From NCBI RefSeq assembly GCF_964355755.1, contig NC_092670.1:27826388-27890387 (forward strand): a stretch of DNA of 64,000 nucleotides, written 5' to 3'. Below are positions 51,201 through 64,000 of this stretch, one piece after another. The DNA comes from Antedon mediterranea (Eukaryota; Animalia; Echinodermata). Under the pieces are notes generated by a model that searched no databases, was not told where the DNA came from, and was given only the letters and a program-made list of their open reading frames with translations. Numbering within the stretch: position 1 is the stretch's first letter; each line of letters starts with the position of its first letter. A program made the translations under genes and the position numbers.

Positions 51201-54200
51201 AAACGTCTCCAAATGCGATTTGAAGCTATTCTAAGCACTTTTGTGTTTTTATGTTAACAAGTTTTTTCGAAAATCACAAAATGGTCTAAAATGTCTCCAA
51301 ATGCGATTTTAAGGTATTCTAAGCACTTTGGTGTTTTTATGTTAACAAGTTTTTTTGAAAATCACAAAATGGTCTAAAACGTCTACAAATGCGATTTGAA
51401 GCTATTCTAAGCACTTTGGTGTTTTTATGTTAACAAGTTTTTTCGAAAATCACAAAATGGTATAAAACGTCTCCAAATGCGATTTGAAGATTTTCTAAGC
51501 ACTTTGGTGTTTTTATGTTTACAAGTTTTTTCGAAAATCACAAAATGGTCTAAAACGTCTCCAAATGCGATTTGAAGCTATTCTGTACACTTTGCTGTTT
51601 TGTGTGAATAATTTTGTCAAAATGCTCAAAATGGTCAAAAACGTTTTTAAATACTATATTAAGCTATTTTGTGTTCTTTGATGTTTTTGTGTGAAAAGTT
51701 TTATCGAAATGCTCAAAATGGTCTAAAACGGTTTCTAATGAAATGATTTTAAGAACTTTGATGTTTTTATGTTAACAACTTTTTTAGAAAATCACAAAAT
51801 GGTCTAAAACGTCTCCAAATGCGATTTGAAGCAATTCTAAGCACTTTGGTGTTTTTATGTTAACAAGTTTTTTCGAAAATCACAAAATGGTATAAAACCT
51901 CTCCAAATACGATTTTAAGGTATTCTAAGCACTTTGGTGTTTTTATGTTAACAAGTTTGTTCGAAAATCACAAAATGGTCTAAAACGTCTACAAATGCGA
52001 TTTGAAGCTATTCTAAGCACTTTGGTGTTTTTATGTTAACAAGTTTTTTCGAAAATCACAAAATGGTATAAAACGTCTCCAAATGAGATTTTAAGGTATT
52101 CTAAGCACTTTGGTGTTTTTATGTTAACAAGTTTTTTCGAAAATCACAAAATGGTCTAAAACGTCTACAAATGCGATTTGAAGCTATTCTAAGCACTTTG
52201 GTGTTTTTATGTTAACAAGTTTTTTCGAAAATCACAAAATGGTATAAAACGTCTCCAAATGCGATTTTAAGCTATTCTAAGCAATTTGGTGTTTTTATGT
52301 TAACAAGTTTTTTCGAAAATCACAAAATGGTCGAAAATGTCACAAAATGCGATTTGAAGCTATTCTAAGCACTTTGGTGTTATTATGTTAACAAGTTTTT
52401 TCGAAAATCACAAATTGGTCTAAAACGTCTCCAAATGCGATTTGAAGCTATTTTAAGCACTTTGGTGTTTTTGTGTAACCAAGTTTTTTCGAAAATCACA
52501 AAAGGGTCTAAAATGTCTCAAAATGCGATTTGAAGCTATTCTGTACACTTTGATGTTTTTTTGTTAACAAGTTTTTTCGAAAGTCTCAAAATGGTCTAAA
52601 AAGTCTCCAAATGCGATTTGAAGCTATTCTAAGCACTTTGGTGTTTTTATGTTAACAAGTTTTATCGAAAATCACAAAATGGTGTAAAACGTCTCCAAAT
52701 GCGATTTGAAGCTATTCTAAGCACTTTGGTGTTTTTATGTTAACAAGTTTTTTCGAAAATCACAAAATGGTGTAAAACGTCTCCAAATGCGATTTTAAGC
52801 TATTCTAAGCAATTTGGTGTTTTTATGTTAACAAGTTTTTTCGAAAATCACAAAATGGTCTAAAACGTCTCCAAATGCGATTTGAAGCTATTCTGTACAC
52901 TTTGCTGTTTTGTGAGAATAATTTTTGTCGAAATGCTCAAAATGGTCAAAAACGTTTTTAAATACGATATTAAGCTATTTTGTGCTCTTTGATGTTTTTG
53001 TGTGAAAAGTTTTATCGAAATGCTCAAAATGGTCTAAAACGGTTTCTAATGTGATTTTAAGCACTTTGATGTTTTTATGTTAACAACTTTTTTAGAAAAT
53101 TACAAAATGGTGTAAAACGTCTCCAAATGCGATTTGAAGCTATTCTAAGCAATTTCGTGTTTTTATGTTAACAAGTTTTTTCGAAAATCACAAAATGGTC
53201 TAAAACGTCTCCAAATGCGATTTGAAGCTATTCTAAGCACTTTTGTGTTTTTATGTTAACAAGTTTTTTCGAAAATCACAAAATGGACTAAAATGTCTCC
53301 AAATGCGATTTTAAGGTATTCTAAGCACTTTGGTGTTTTTATGTTAACAAGTTTTTTCGAAAATCACAAAATGGTCTAAAACGTCTCCAAATGCGATTTG
53401 AAGCTATTCTAAGCACTTTGGTGTTTTTATGTTAACAAGTTTTTTCGAAAATCACAAAATGGTGTAAAACTTCTCCAAATACGATTTTAAGCTATTCTAA
53501 GCAATTTGGTGTTTTTATGTTAACAAGTTTTTTCGAAAATCACAAAATGGTATAAAACGTCTCCAAATACGATTTGAAGCAATTCTAAGCACTTTGGTGT
53601 TTTTATGTTAACAAGTTTTTTCGAAAATTACAAAATGGTATAAAACGTCTCCAAATGCGATTTGAAGATTTTCTAAGCACTTTGGTGTTTTTATGTTTAC
53701 AAGTTTTTTCGAAAATCACAAAATGGTCTAAAACGTCTCCAAATGCGATTTGAAGCTATTCTGTACACTTTGCTGTTTTGTGTGAATAATTTTGTCAAAA
53801 TGCTCAAAATGGTCAAAAACGTTTTTAAATACTATATTAAGCTATTTTGTGTTCTTTGATGTTTTTGTGTGAAAAGTTTTATCGAAATGCTCAAAATGGT
53901 CTAAAACGGTTTCTAATGAAATGATTTTAAGAACTTTGATGTTTTTATGTTAAGAACTTTTTTAGAAAATCACAAAATGGTCTAAAACGTCTACAAATGC
54001 GATTTGAAGCTATTCTAAGCACTTTGGTGTTTTTATGTTAACAAGTCTTTTCGAAAATCACAAAATGGTATAAAACGTCTCCAAATGAGATTTTAAGGTA
54101 TTCTAAGCACTTTGGTGTTTTTATGTTAACAAGTTTTTTCGAAAATCACAAAATGGTCTAAAACGTCTACAAATGCGATTTGAAGCTATTCTAAGCACTT

Positions 54201-57200
54201 TGGTGTTTTTATGTTAACAAGTTTTTTCGAAAATCACAAAATGGTCTAAAACGTCTCCAAATGCGATTTGAAGCTATTCTGTACACTTTGCTGTTTTGTG
54301 TGAATAATTTTTGTCGAAATGCTCAAAATGGTCAAAAACGTTTTTAAATACAATATTAAGCTATTTTGTGCTCTTTGATGTTTTTGTGTGAAAAGTTTTA
54401 TCGAAATGCTCAAAATGGTCTAAAACGGTTTCTAATGTGATTTTAAGCACTTTGATGTTTTTATGTTAACAACTTTTTTAGAAAATCACAAAATGGTCTA
54501 AAACGTCTCCAAATGCGATTTGAAGCAATTCTAAGCACTTTGGTGTTTTTATGGTAACGAGTTTTTTTGAATATCACAAAATGGTCTAAAATGTCTCCAA
54601 ATGCGATTTGAAGCTATTCTGTACACTTTGATGTTTTTTTGTTAACAAGTTTTTTCGAAAGTCACAAAATGGTCTAAAACGTCTCCAAATGCGATTTGAA
54701 GCTATTCTAAGCACTTTGGTGTTTTTATGTTAACAAGTTTTTTCGAAAATCACAAAATGGTGTAAAACGTCTCCAAATGCGATTTGAAGCTATTCTAAGC
54801 ACTTTGGTGTTTTTATGTTAACAAGTTTTTTCGAAAATCACAAAATGGTGTAAAACTTCTCCAAATACGATTTTAAGCTATTCTAAGCAATTTGGTGTTT
54901 TTATGTTAACAAGTTTTTTCGAAAATCACAAAATGGTCTAAAACGTCTCCAAATGCGATTTGAAGCTATTCTGTACACTTTGCTGTTTTGTGTGAATAAT
55001 TTTTGTTGAAATGCTCAAAATGGTCAAAAACGTTTTTAAATACGATATTAAGCTATTTTGTGCTCTTTGATGTTTTTGTGTGAAAAGTTTTATCGAAATG
55101 CTCAAAATGGTCTAAAACGGTTTCTAATGTGATTTTAAGCACTTTGATGTTTTTATGTTAACAACTTTTTTAGAAAATTACAAAATTGTGTAAAACGTCT
55201 CCAAATGCGATTTGAAGCTATTCTAAGCAATTTCGTGTTTTTATGTTAACAAGTTTTTTCGAAAATCACAAAATGGTCTAAAACGTCTCCAAATGCGATT
55301 TGAAGCTATTCTAAGCACTTTTGTGTTTTTATGTTAACAAGTTTTTTCGAAAATCACAAAATGGTCTAAAATGTCTCCAAATGCGATTTTAAGGTATTCT
55401 AAGCACTTTGGTGTTTTTATGTTAACAAGTTTTTTCGAAAATCACAAAATGGTCTAAAACGTCTACAAATGCGATTTGAAGCTATTCTAAGCACTTTGGT
55501 GTTTTTATGTTAACAAGTTTTTTCGAAAATTACAAAATGGTATAAAACGTCTCCAAATGCGATTTGAAGATTTTCTAAGCACTTTGGTGTTTTTATGTTT
55601 ACAAGTTTTTTCGAAAATCACAAAATGGTCTAAAACGTCTCCAAATGCGATTTGAAGCTATTCTGTACACTTTGCTGTTTTGTGTGAATAATTTTGTCAA
55701 AATGCTCAAAATGGTCAAAAACGTTTTTAAATACTATATTAAGCTATTTTGTGTTCTTTGATGTTTTTGTGTGAAAAGTTTTATCGAAATGCTCAAAATG
55801 GTCTAAAACGGTTTCTAATGAAATGATTATAAGAACTTTGATGTTTTTATGTTAACAACTTTTTTAGAAAATCACAAAATGGTCTAAAACGTCTCCAAAT
55901 GCGATTTGAAGCAATTCTAAGCACTTTGGTGTTTTTATGTTAACAAGTTTTTTCGAAAATCACAAAATGGTATAAAACCTCTCCAAATGCGATTTTAAGG
56001 TATTCTAAGCACTTTGGTGTTTTTATGTTAACAAGTTTTTTCGAAAATCACAAAATGGTCTAAAACGTCTACAAATGCGATTTGAAGCTATTCTAAGCAC
56101 TTTGGTGTTTTTATGTTAACAAGTTTTTTCGAAAATCACAAAATGGTATAAAACGTCTCCAAATGAGATTTTAAGGTATTCTAAGCACTTTGGTGTTTTT
56201 ATGTTAACAAGTTTTTTCGAAAATCACAAAATGGTCTAAAACGTCTACAAATGCGATTTGAAGCTATTCTAAGCACTTTGGTGTTTTTATGTAAACAAGT
56301 TTTTTCGAAAATCACAAAATGGTCTAAAACGTCTCCAAATGCGATTTGAAGCTATTCTGTACACTTTGCTGTTTTGTGTGAATAATTTTTGTCGAAATGC
56401 TCAAAATGGTCAAAAACGTTTTTAAATACGATATTAAGCTATTTTGTGCTCTTTGATGTTTTTGTGTGAAAAGTTTTATCGAAATGCTCAAAATGGTCTA
56501 AAACGGTTTCTAATGTGATTTTAAGCACTTTGATGTTTTTATGTTAACAACTTTTTTAGAAAATCACAAAATGGTCTAAAACGTCTCCAAATGCGATTTG
56601 AAGCAATTCTAAGCACTTTGGTGTTTTTATGGTAACGAGTTTTTTTGAATATCACAAAATGGTCTAAAATGTCTCCAAATGCGATTTGAAGCTATTCTGT
56701 ACACTTTGATGTTTTTTTGTTAACAAGTTTTTTCGAAAGTCACAAAATGGTCTAAAACGTCTCCAAATGCGATTTGAAACTATTCTAAGCACTTTGGTGT
56801 TTTTATGTTAACAAGTTTTTTCGAAAATCACAAAATGGGGTAAAACGTCTCCAAATGCGATTTGAAGCTATTCTAAGCACTTTGGTGTTTTTATGTTAAC
56901 AAGTTTTTTCGAAAATCACAAAATGGTGTAAAACTTCTCCAAATACGATTTTAAGCTATTCTAAGCAATTTGGTGTTTTTATGTTAACAAGTTTTTTCGA
57001 AAATCACAAAATGGTCTAAAACGTCTCCAAATGCGATTTGAAGCTATTCTGTACACTTTGCTGTTTTGTGTGAATAATTTTTGTTGAAATGCTCAAAATG
57101 GTCAAAAACGTTTTTAAATACTATATTAAGCTATTTTGTGCTCTTTGATGTTTTTGTGTGAAAAGTTTTATCGAAATGCTCAAAATGGTCTAAAACGGTT

Positions 57201-60200
57201 TCTAATGTGATTTTAAGCACTTTGATGTTTTTATGTTAACAACTTTTTTAGAAAATTACAAAATGGTGTAAAACGTCTCCAAATGCGATTTGAAGCTATT
57301 CTAAGCACTTTGGTGTTTTTATGGTAACGAGTTTTTTTGAATATCACAAAATGGTCTAAAATGTCTCCAAATGCGATTTGAAGCTTTTCTAAGCACTTTG
57401 GTGTTTTTATGTTAACAAGTTTTTTCGAAAATCACAAAATGGTCTAAAACGTCTCCAAATGTGATTTGAAGCTATTCTAAACACTTTGGTGTTTTTATGT
57501 TAACAAGTTTTTTCGAAAATCACAAATTGGTCTAAAACGTCTCCAAATGCGATTTGAAGCTAGTTTAAGCACTTTGGTGTTTTTGTGTAACCAAGTTTTT
57601 TCGAAAATCACAAAAGGGTCTAAAATGTCTCAAAATGCGATTTGAAGCTATTCTGTACACTTTGATGTTTTTTTTGTTAACAAGTTTTTTCGAAAGTCAC
57701 AAAATGGTCTAAAACGTCTCCAAATGCGATTTGAAGCTATTCTAAGCACTTTGGTGTTTTTATGTTAACAAGTTTTTTCGAAAATCACAAAATGGTGTAA
57801 AACGTCTCCAAATGCGATTTGAAGCTATTCTAAGCAATTTGGTGTTTTTATGTTAACAAGTTTTTTCGAAAATCACAAAATGGTGTAAAACGTCTCCAAA
57901 TGCGATTTTAAGCTATTCTAAGCAATTTGGTGTTTTTTTATGTTAACAAGTTTTTTCGAAAATCACAAAATGGTCTAAAACGTCTCCAAATGCGATTTGA
58001 AGCTATTCTGTACACTTTGCTGTTTTGTGAGAAAAATTTTTGTCGAAATGCTCAAAATGGTCAAAAACGTTTTTAAATACGATATTAAGCTATTTTGTGC
58101 TCTTTGATGTTTTTGTGTGAAAAGTTTTATCGAAATGCTCAAAATGGTCTAAAACGGTTTCTAATGTGATTTTAAGCACTTTGGTGTTTTTATGTTAACA
58201 AGTTTTTTCGAAAATCACAAAATGGTCTAAAACGTCTCCAAATGTGATTTGAAGCTATTCAAAACACTTTGGTGTTTTTATGTTAACAAGTTTTTTCGAA
58301 AATCACAAATTGGTCTAAAACGTCTCCAAATGCGATTTGAAGTTATTTTAAGCACTTTGGTGTTTTTGTGTAACCAAGTTTTTTCGAAAATCACAAAAGG
58401 GTCTAAAATGTCTCAAAATGCGATTTGAAGCTATTCTGTACACTTTGATGTTTTTTTGTTAACAAGTTTTTTCGAAAGTCACAAAATGGTCTAAAACGTC
58501 TCCAAATGCGATTTGAAGCTATTCTAAGCACTTTGCTGTATTGTGTGAATAATTTTTGTCGAAATGCTCAAAATGGTCAAAAACGTTTTTAAATACGATA
58601 TTAAGCTATTTTGTGCTCTTTGATGTTTTTGTGTGAAAAGTTTTATCGAAATGCTCAAAATGGTCTAAAACGGTTTCTAATGTGATTTTAAGCACTTTGA
58701 TGTTTTTATGTTAACAACTTTTTTAGAAAATCACAAAATGGTCTAAAACGTCTCCAAATGCGATTTGAAGCAATTCTAAGCACTTTGGTGTTTTTATGGT
58801 AACGAGTTTTTTTGAATATCACAAAATGGTCTAAAATGTCTCCAAATGCGATTTGAAGCTTTTCTAAGCACTTTGGTGTTTTTATGTTAACAAGTTTTTT
58901 CGAAAATCACAAAATGGTCTAAAACGTCTCCAAATGCGATTTGAAGCTATTCTGTACACTTTGCTGTTTTGTGTGAATAATTTTTGTCGAAATGCTCAAA
59001 ATGGTCAAAAACGTTTTTAAATACGATATTAAGCTATTTTGTGCTCTTTTATGTTTTTGTGTGAAAAGTTTTATCGAAATGCTCAAAATGGTCTAAAACG
59101 GTTTCTAATGTGATTTTAAGCACTTTGATGTTTTTATGTTAACAACTTTTTTAGAAAATCACAAAATGGTCTAAAACGTCTCCAAATGCGATTTGAAGCA
59201 ATTCTAAGCACTTTGGTGTTTTTATGGTAACGAGTTTTTTTGAATATCACAAAATGGTCTAAAATGTCTCCAAATGCGATTTGAAGCTTTTCTAAGCACT
59301 TTGGTGTTTTTATGGTAACGAGTTATTTCGAAAATCACAAAATGGTCTAAAACGTCTCCAAATGCGATTTGAAGCTATTCTGTACACTTTGCGGTTTTGT
59401 GTGAATAATTTTTGTCAAAATGCTCAAAATGGTCAAAAACGTTTTTAAATACTATATTAAGCTATTTTGTGCTCTTTGATGTTTTTGTGTGAAAAGTTTT
59501 ATCGAAATGCTCAAAATGGTCTAAAACGGTTTCTAATGTGATTTTAAGCACTTTGATGTTTTTATGTTAACAACTTTTTTAGAAAATTACAAAATGGTGT
59601 AAAACGTCTCCAAATGCGATTTGAAGCTATTCTAAGCAATTTGGTGTTTTTATGTTAACAAGTTTTTTCGAAAATCACAAAATGGTCTAAAACGTCTCCA
59701 AATGCGATTTGAAGCTATTATAAGCACTTTTGTGTTTTTATGTTAACAAGTTTTTTCGAAAATCACAAAATGGTCTAAAATGTCTCCAAATGCGATTTGA
59801 AGCTTTTCTAAGCACTTTTGTGTTTTTATGTTTACAAGTTTTTTCGAAAATCACAAAATGGTCTAAAACGTCTCCAAATGCGATTTGAAGCTATTCTGTA
59901 CACTTTGCTGTTTTGTGTGAATAATTTTTGTCAAAATGCTCAAAATGGTCTAAAACGTTTTTAAATACTATATTAAGCTATTTTGTGTTCTTTGATGTTT
60001 TTATGTGAAAAGTTTTATCGAAATGCTCAAAATGGTCTAAAACGGTTTCTAATGTGATTTTAAGAACTTTGATGTTTTTATGTTAAAAACTTTTTTAGAA
60101 AATCACAAAATGGTCTAAAACGTCTCCAAATGCGATTTGAAGCAATTCTAAGCACTTTGGTGTTTTTATGTTAACACGTTTTTTCGAAAATCACAAAATG

Positions 60201-61585
60201 GTCTAAAACGTCTCCAAATGCGATTTGAAGCTATTCTAAGCACTTTTGTGTTTTTATGTTAACAAGTTTTTTCGAAAATCACAAAATGGTCTAAAATGTC
60301 TCCAAATGCGATTTTAAGGTATTCTAAGCACTTTGGTGTTTTTATGTTAACAAGTTTTTTTGAAAATCACAAAATGGTCTAAAACGTCTACAAATGCGAT
60401 TTGAAGCTATTCTAAGCACTTTGGTGTTTTTATGTTAACAAGTTTTTTCGAAAATCACAAAATGGTATAAAACGTCTCCAAATGCGATTTGAAGATTTTC
60501 TAAGCACTTTGGTGTTTTTATGTTTACAAGTTTTTTCGAAAATCACAAAATGGTCTAAAACGTCTCCAAATGCGATTTGAAGCTATTCTGTACACTTTGC
60601 TGTTTTGTGTGAATAATTTTGTCAAAATGCTCAAAATGGTCAAAAACGTTTTTAAATACTATATTAAGCTATTTTGTGTTCTTTGATGTTTTTGTGTGAA
60701 AAGTTTTATCGAAATGCTCAAAATGGTCTAAAACGGTTTCTAATGAAATGATTTTAAGAACTTTGATGTTTTTATGTTAACAACTTTTTTAGAAAATCAC
60801 AAAATGGTCTAAAACGTCTCCAAATGCGATTTGAAGCAATTCTAAGCACTTTGGTGTTTTTATGTTAACAAGTTTTTTCGAAAATCACAAAATGGTATAA
60901 AACCTCTCCAAATACGATTTTAAGGTATTCTAAGCACTTTGGTGTTTTTATGTTAACAAGTTTGTTCGAAAATCACAAAATGGTCTAAAACGTCTACAAA
61001 TGCGATTTGAAGCTATTCTAAGCACTTTGGTGTTTTTATGTTAACAAGTTTTTTCGAAAATCACAAAATGGTATAAAACGTCTCCAAATGAGATTTTAAG
61101 GTATTCTAAGCACTTTGGTGTTTTTATGTTAACAAGTTTTTTCGAAAATCACAAAATGGTCTAAAACGTCTACAAATGCGATTTGAAGCTATTCTAAGCA
61201 CTTTGGTGTTTTTATGTTAACAAGTTTTTTCGAAAATCACAAAATGGTATAAAACGTCTCCAAATGCGATTTTAAGCTATTCTAAGCAATTTGGTGTTTT
61301 TATGTTAACAAGTTTTTTCGAAAATCACAAAATGGTCGAAAATGTCACAAAATGCGATTTGAAGCTATTCTAAGCACTTTGGTGTTATTATGTTAACAAG
61401 TTTTTTCGAAAATCACAAATTGGTCTAAAACGTCTCCAAATGCGATTTGAAGCTATTTTAAGCACTTTGGTGTTTTTGTGTAACCAAGTTTTTTCGAAAA
61501 TCACAAAAGGGTCTAAAATGTCTATAAATGCGATTTGAAGCTATTCTGTACACTTTGATGTTTTTTTGTTAACAAGTTTTTTCGA
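46830..61585 (+). repeat. 9,005-bp offset duplication (78 A + 13 BC); ~46.8-52.6 kb matches ~55.8-61.6 kb
   Basis: Markers TCGAAAATGTCAC 52331/61336, TTTGTTCG 51959/60964, AGTTATTTT 49336/58341 and AAATGGGG 47828/56833. 9,005 = 78x88 + 13x164 + 9 bp of indels. Confidence 0.9.
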
Positions 61586-64000
61586 AAGTCACAAAATGGT
61601 CTAAAACGTCTCCAAATGCGATTTGAAGCTATTCTAAGCACTTTGGTGTTTTTATGTTAACAAGTTTTTTCGAAAATCACAAAATGGTGTAAAACGTCTC
61701 CAAATGCGATTTGAAGCTATTCTAAGCACTTTGGTGTTTTTATGTTAACAAGTTTTTTCGAAAATCACAAAATGGTGTAAAACTTCTCCAAATACGATTT
61801 TAAGCTATTCTAAGCAATTTGGTGTTTTTATGTTAACAAGTTTTTTCGAAAATCACAAAATGGTCTAAAACGTCTCCAAATGCGATTTGAAGCTATTCTG
61901 TACACTTTGCTGTTTTGTGTGAATAATTTTTGTTGAAATGCTCAAAATGGTCAAAAACGTTTTTAAATACTATATTAAGCTATTTTGTGTTCTTTGATGT
62001 TTTTGTGTGAAAAGTTTTATCGAAATGCTCAAAATGGTCTAAAACGGTTTCTAATGTGATTTTAAGCACTTTGGTGTTTTTATGTTAACAAGTTTTTTCG
62101 AAAATCACAAAATGGTCTAAAATGTCTCCAAATGCGATTTGAAGCTTTTCTAAGCACTTTGGTGTTTTTATGTTAACAAGTTTTTTCGAAAATCACAAAA
62201 TGGTCTAAAACGTCTCCAAATGTGATTTGAAGCTATTCTAAACACTTTGGTGTTTTTATGTTAACAAGTTTTTTCGAAAATCACAAATTGGTCTAAAACG
62301 TCTCCAAATGCGATTTTAAGCTATTTTAAGCACTTTGGTGTTTTTGTGTAACCAAGTTTTTTCGAAAATCACAAAAGGGTCTAAAATGTCTCAAAATGCG
62401 ATTTGAAGCTATTCTGTACACTTTGATGTTTTTTTGTTAACAAGTTTTTTCGAAAGTCACAAAATGGTCTAAAAAGTCTCCAAATGCGATTTGAAGCTAT
62501 TCTAAGCACTTTGGTGTTTTTATGTTAACAAGTTTTATCGAAAATCACAAAATGGTGTAAAACGTCTCCAAATGCGATTTGAAGCTATTCTAAGCACTTT
62601 GGTGTTTTTATGTTAACAAGTTTTTTTCGAAAATCACAAAATGGTGTAAAACGTCTCCAAATGCGATTTTAAGCTATTCTAAGCAATTTGGTGTTTTTAT
62701 GTTAACAAGTTTTTTCGAAAATCACAAAATGGTCTAAAACGTCTCCAAATGCGATTTGAAGCTATTCTGTACACTTTGCTGTTTTGTGAGAATAATTTTT
62801 GTCGAAATGCTCAAAATGGTCAAAAACGTTTTTAAATACGATATTAAGCTATTTTGTGCTCTTTGATGTTTTTGTGTAAAAAGTTTTATCGAAATGCTCA
62901 AAATGGTCTAAAACGGTTTCTAATGTGATTTTAAGCACTTTGATGTTTTTATGTTAACAACTTTTTTAGAAAATTACAAAATGGTGTAAAACGTCTCCAA
63001 ATGCGATTTGAAGCTATTCTAAGCAATTTCGTGTTTTTATGTTAACAAGTTTTTTCGAAAATCACAAAATGGTCTAAAACGTCTCCAAATGCGATTTGAA
63101 GCTATTCTAAGCACTTTTGTGTTTTTATGTTAACAAGTTTTTTCGAAAATCACAAAATGGTCTAAAATGTCTCCAAATGCGATTTTAAGGTATTCTAAGC
63201 ACTTTGGTGTTTTTATGTTAACAAGTTTTTTCGAAAATCACAAAATGGTCTAAAACGTCTACAAATGCGATTTGAAGCTATTCTAAGCACTTTGGTGTTT
63301 TTATGTTAACAAGTTTTTTCGAAAATTACAAAATGGTATAAAACGTCTCCAAATGCGATTTGAAGATTTTCTAAGCACTTTGGTGTTTTTATGTTTACAA
63401 GTTTTTTCGAAAATCACAAAATGGTCTAAAACGTCTCCAAATGCGATTTGAAGCTATTCTGTACACTTTGCTGTTTTGTGTGAATAATTTTGTCAAAATG
63501 CTCAAAATGGTCAAAAACGTTTTTAAATACTATATTAAGCTATTTTGTGTTCTTTGATGTTTTTGTGTGAAAAGTTTTATCGAAATGCTCAAAATGGTCT
63601 AAAACGGTTTCTAATGAAATGATTTTAAGAACTTTGATGTTTTTATGTTAACAACTTTTTTAGAAAATCACAAAATGGTCTAAAACGTCTCCAAATGCGA
63701 TTTGAAGCAATTCTAAGCACTTTGGTGTTTTTATGTTAACAAGTTTTTTCGAAAATCACAAAATGGTATAAAACCTCTCCAAATGCGATTTTAAGGTATT
63801 CTAAGCACTTTGGTGTTTTTATGTTAACAAGTTTTTTCGAAAATCACAAAATGGTCTAAAACGTCTACAAATGCGATTTGAAGCTATTCTAAGCACTTTG
63901 GTGTTTTTATGTTAACAAGTTTTTTCGAAAATCACAAAATGGTATAAAACGTCTCCAAATGAGATTTTAAGGTATTCTAAGCACTTTGGTGTTTTTATGT

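Larger units (their letters stand above)
1..64000 (+). repeat. Tandem satellite DNA array, 88-bp monomer family with interspersed 164-bp diverged dimer (roughly 740 monomers, estimated); runs off both window ends
   Basis: The motif GTTAACAAGTTTTTTCGAAAATCACAAAATGG recurs at 88-bp spacing (monomer starts 1297, 1385; 1561, 1649). All lines I read are monomer-derived and in the same orientation. Positions 1 and 781 begin identical stretches: 780 = 7x88 + 164. Confidence 0.99.

Noticed and set aside
1-64000. CRISPR array or other repeat-spacer system
   Set aside because: There are no unique spacers. The segments between A runs (B, C) are homologous to A and recur near-identically, and there is no leader or cas gene.
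1-64000. Transposon insertion, inversion or telomeric repeat
   Set aside because: I saw no non-satellite sequence, target-site duplication, strand switch or TTAGG/TTAGGG/TTTAGGG tract.
1-64000. Repetitive protein gene, or rRNA/tRNA/5S tandem array
   Set aside because: The 88-bp unit is not a multiple of 3 and is rich in stop codons; the ORF track shows nothing above 63 aa. There is no resemblance to structural RNA genes.

Overview
The whole 64 kb is one uninterrupted, head-to-tail, single-orientation, AT-rich satellite DNA array, typical of eukaryotic centromeric or pericentromeric heterochromatin. I cannot assign the organism or a named satellite family. I see no genes, RNA genes, transposons, CRISPR spacers or unique sequence, and both ORF calls are artefacts of the repeat. 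The array is built from an 88-bp monomer A (consensus AGCACTTTGGTGTTTTTATGTTAACAAGTTTTTTCGAAAATCACAAAATGGTCTAAAACGTCTCCAAATGCGATTTGAAGCTATTCTA). A diverged, obligate 164-bp dimer (B 87 bp + C 77 bp) interrupts it after runs of about 2-13 A monomers. Rare variants reveal nested higher-order duplications of 428, 1,472, 4,240, about 4,900, 5,588, 9,005, 10,033, 15,744 and 34,782 bp. Those I decomposed resolve exactly into monomer counts or into each other (15,745 = 10,033 + 1,472 + 4,240; 34,782 = 15,744 + 10,033 + 9,005). I found no new protein-coding system. The interest lies in the repeat grammar, the internal monomer structure and the readable expansion history. Offsets were counted by eye from marker variants, so block boundaries are approximate.
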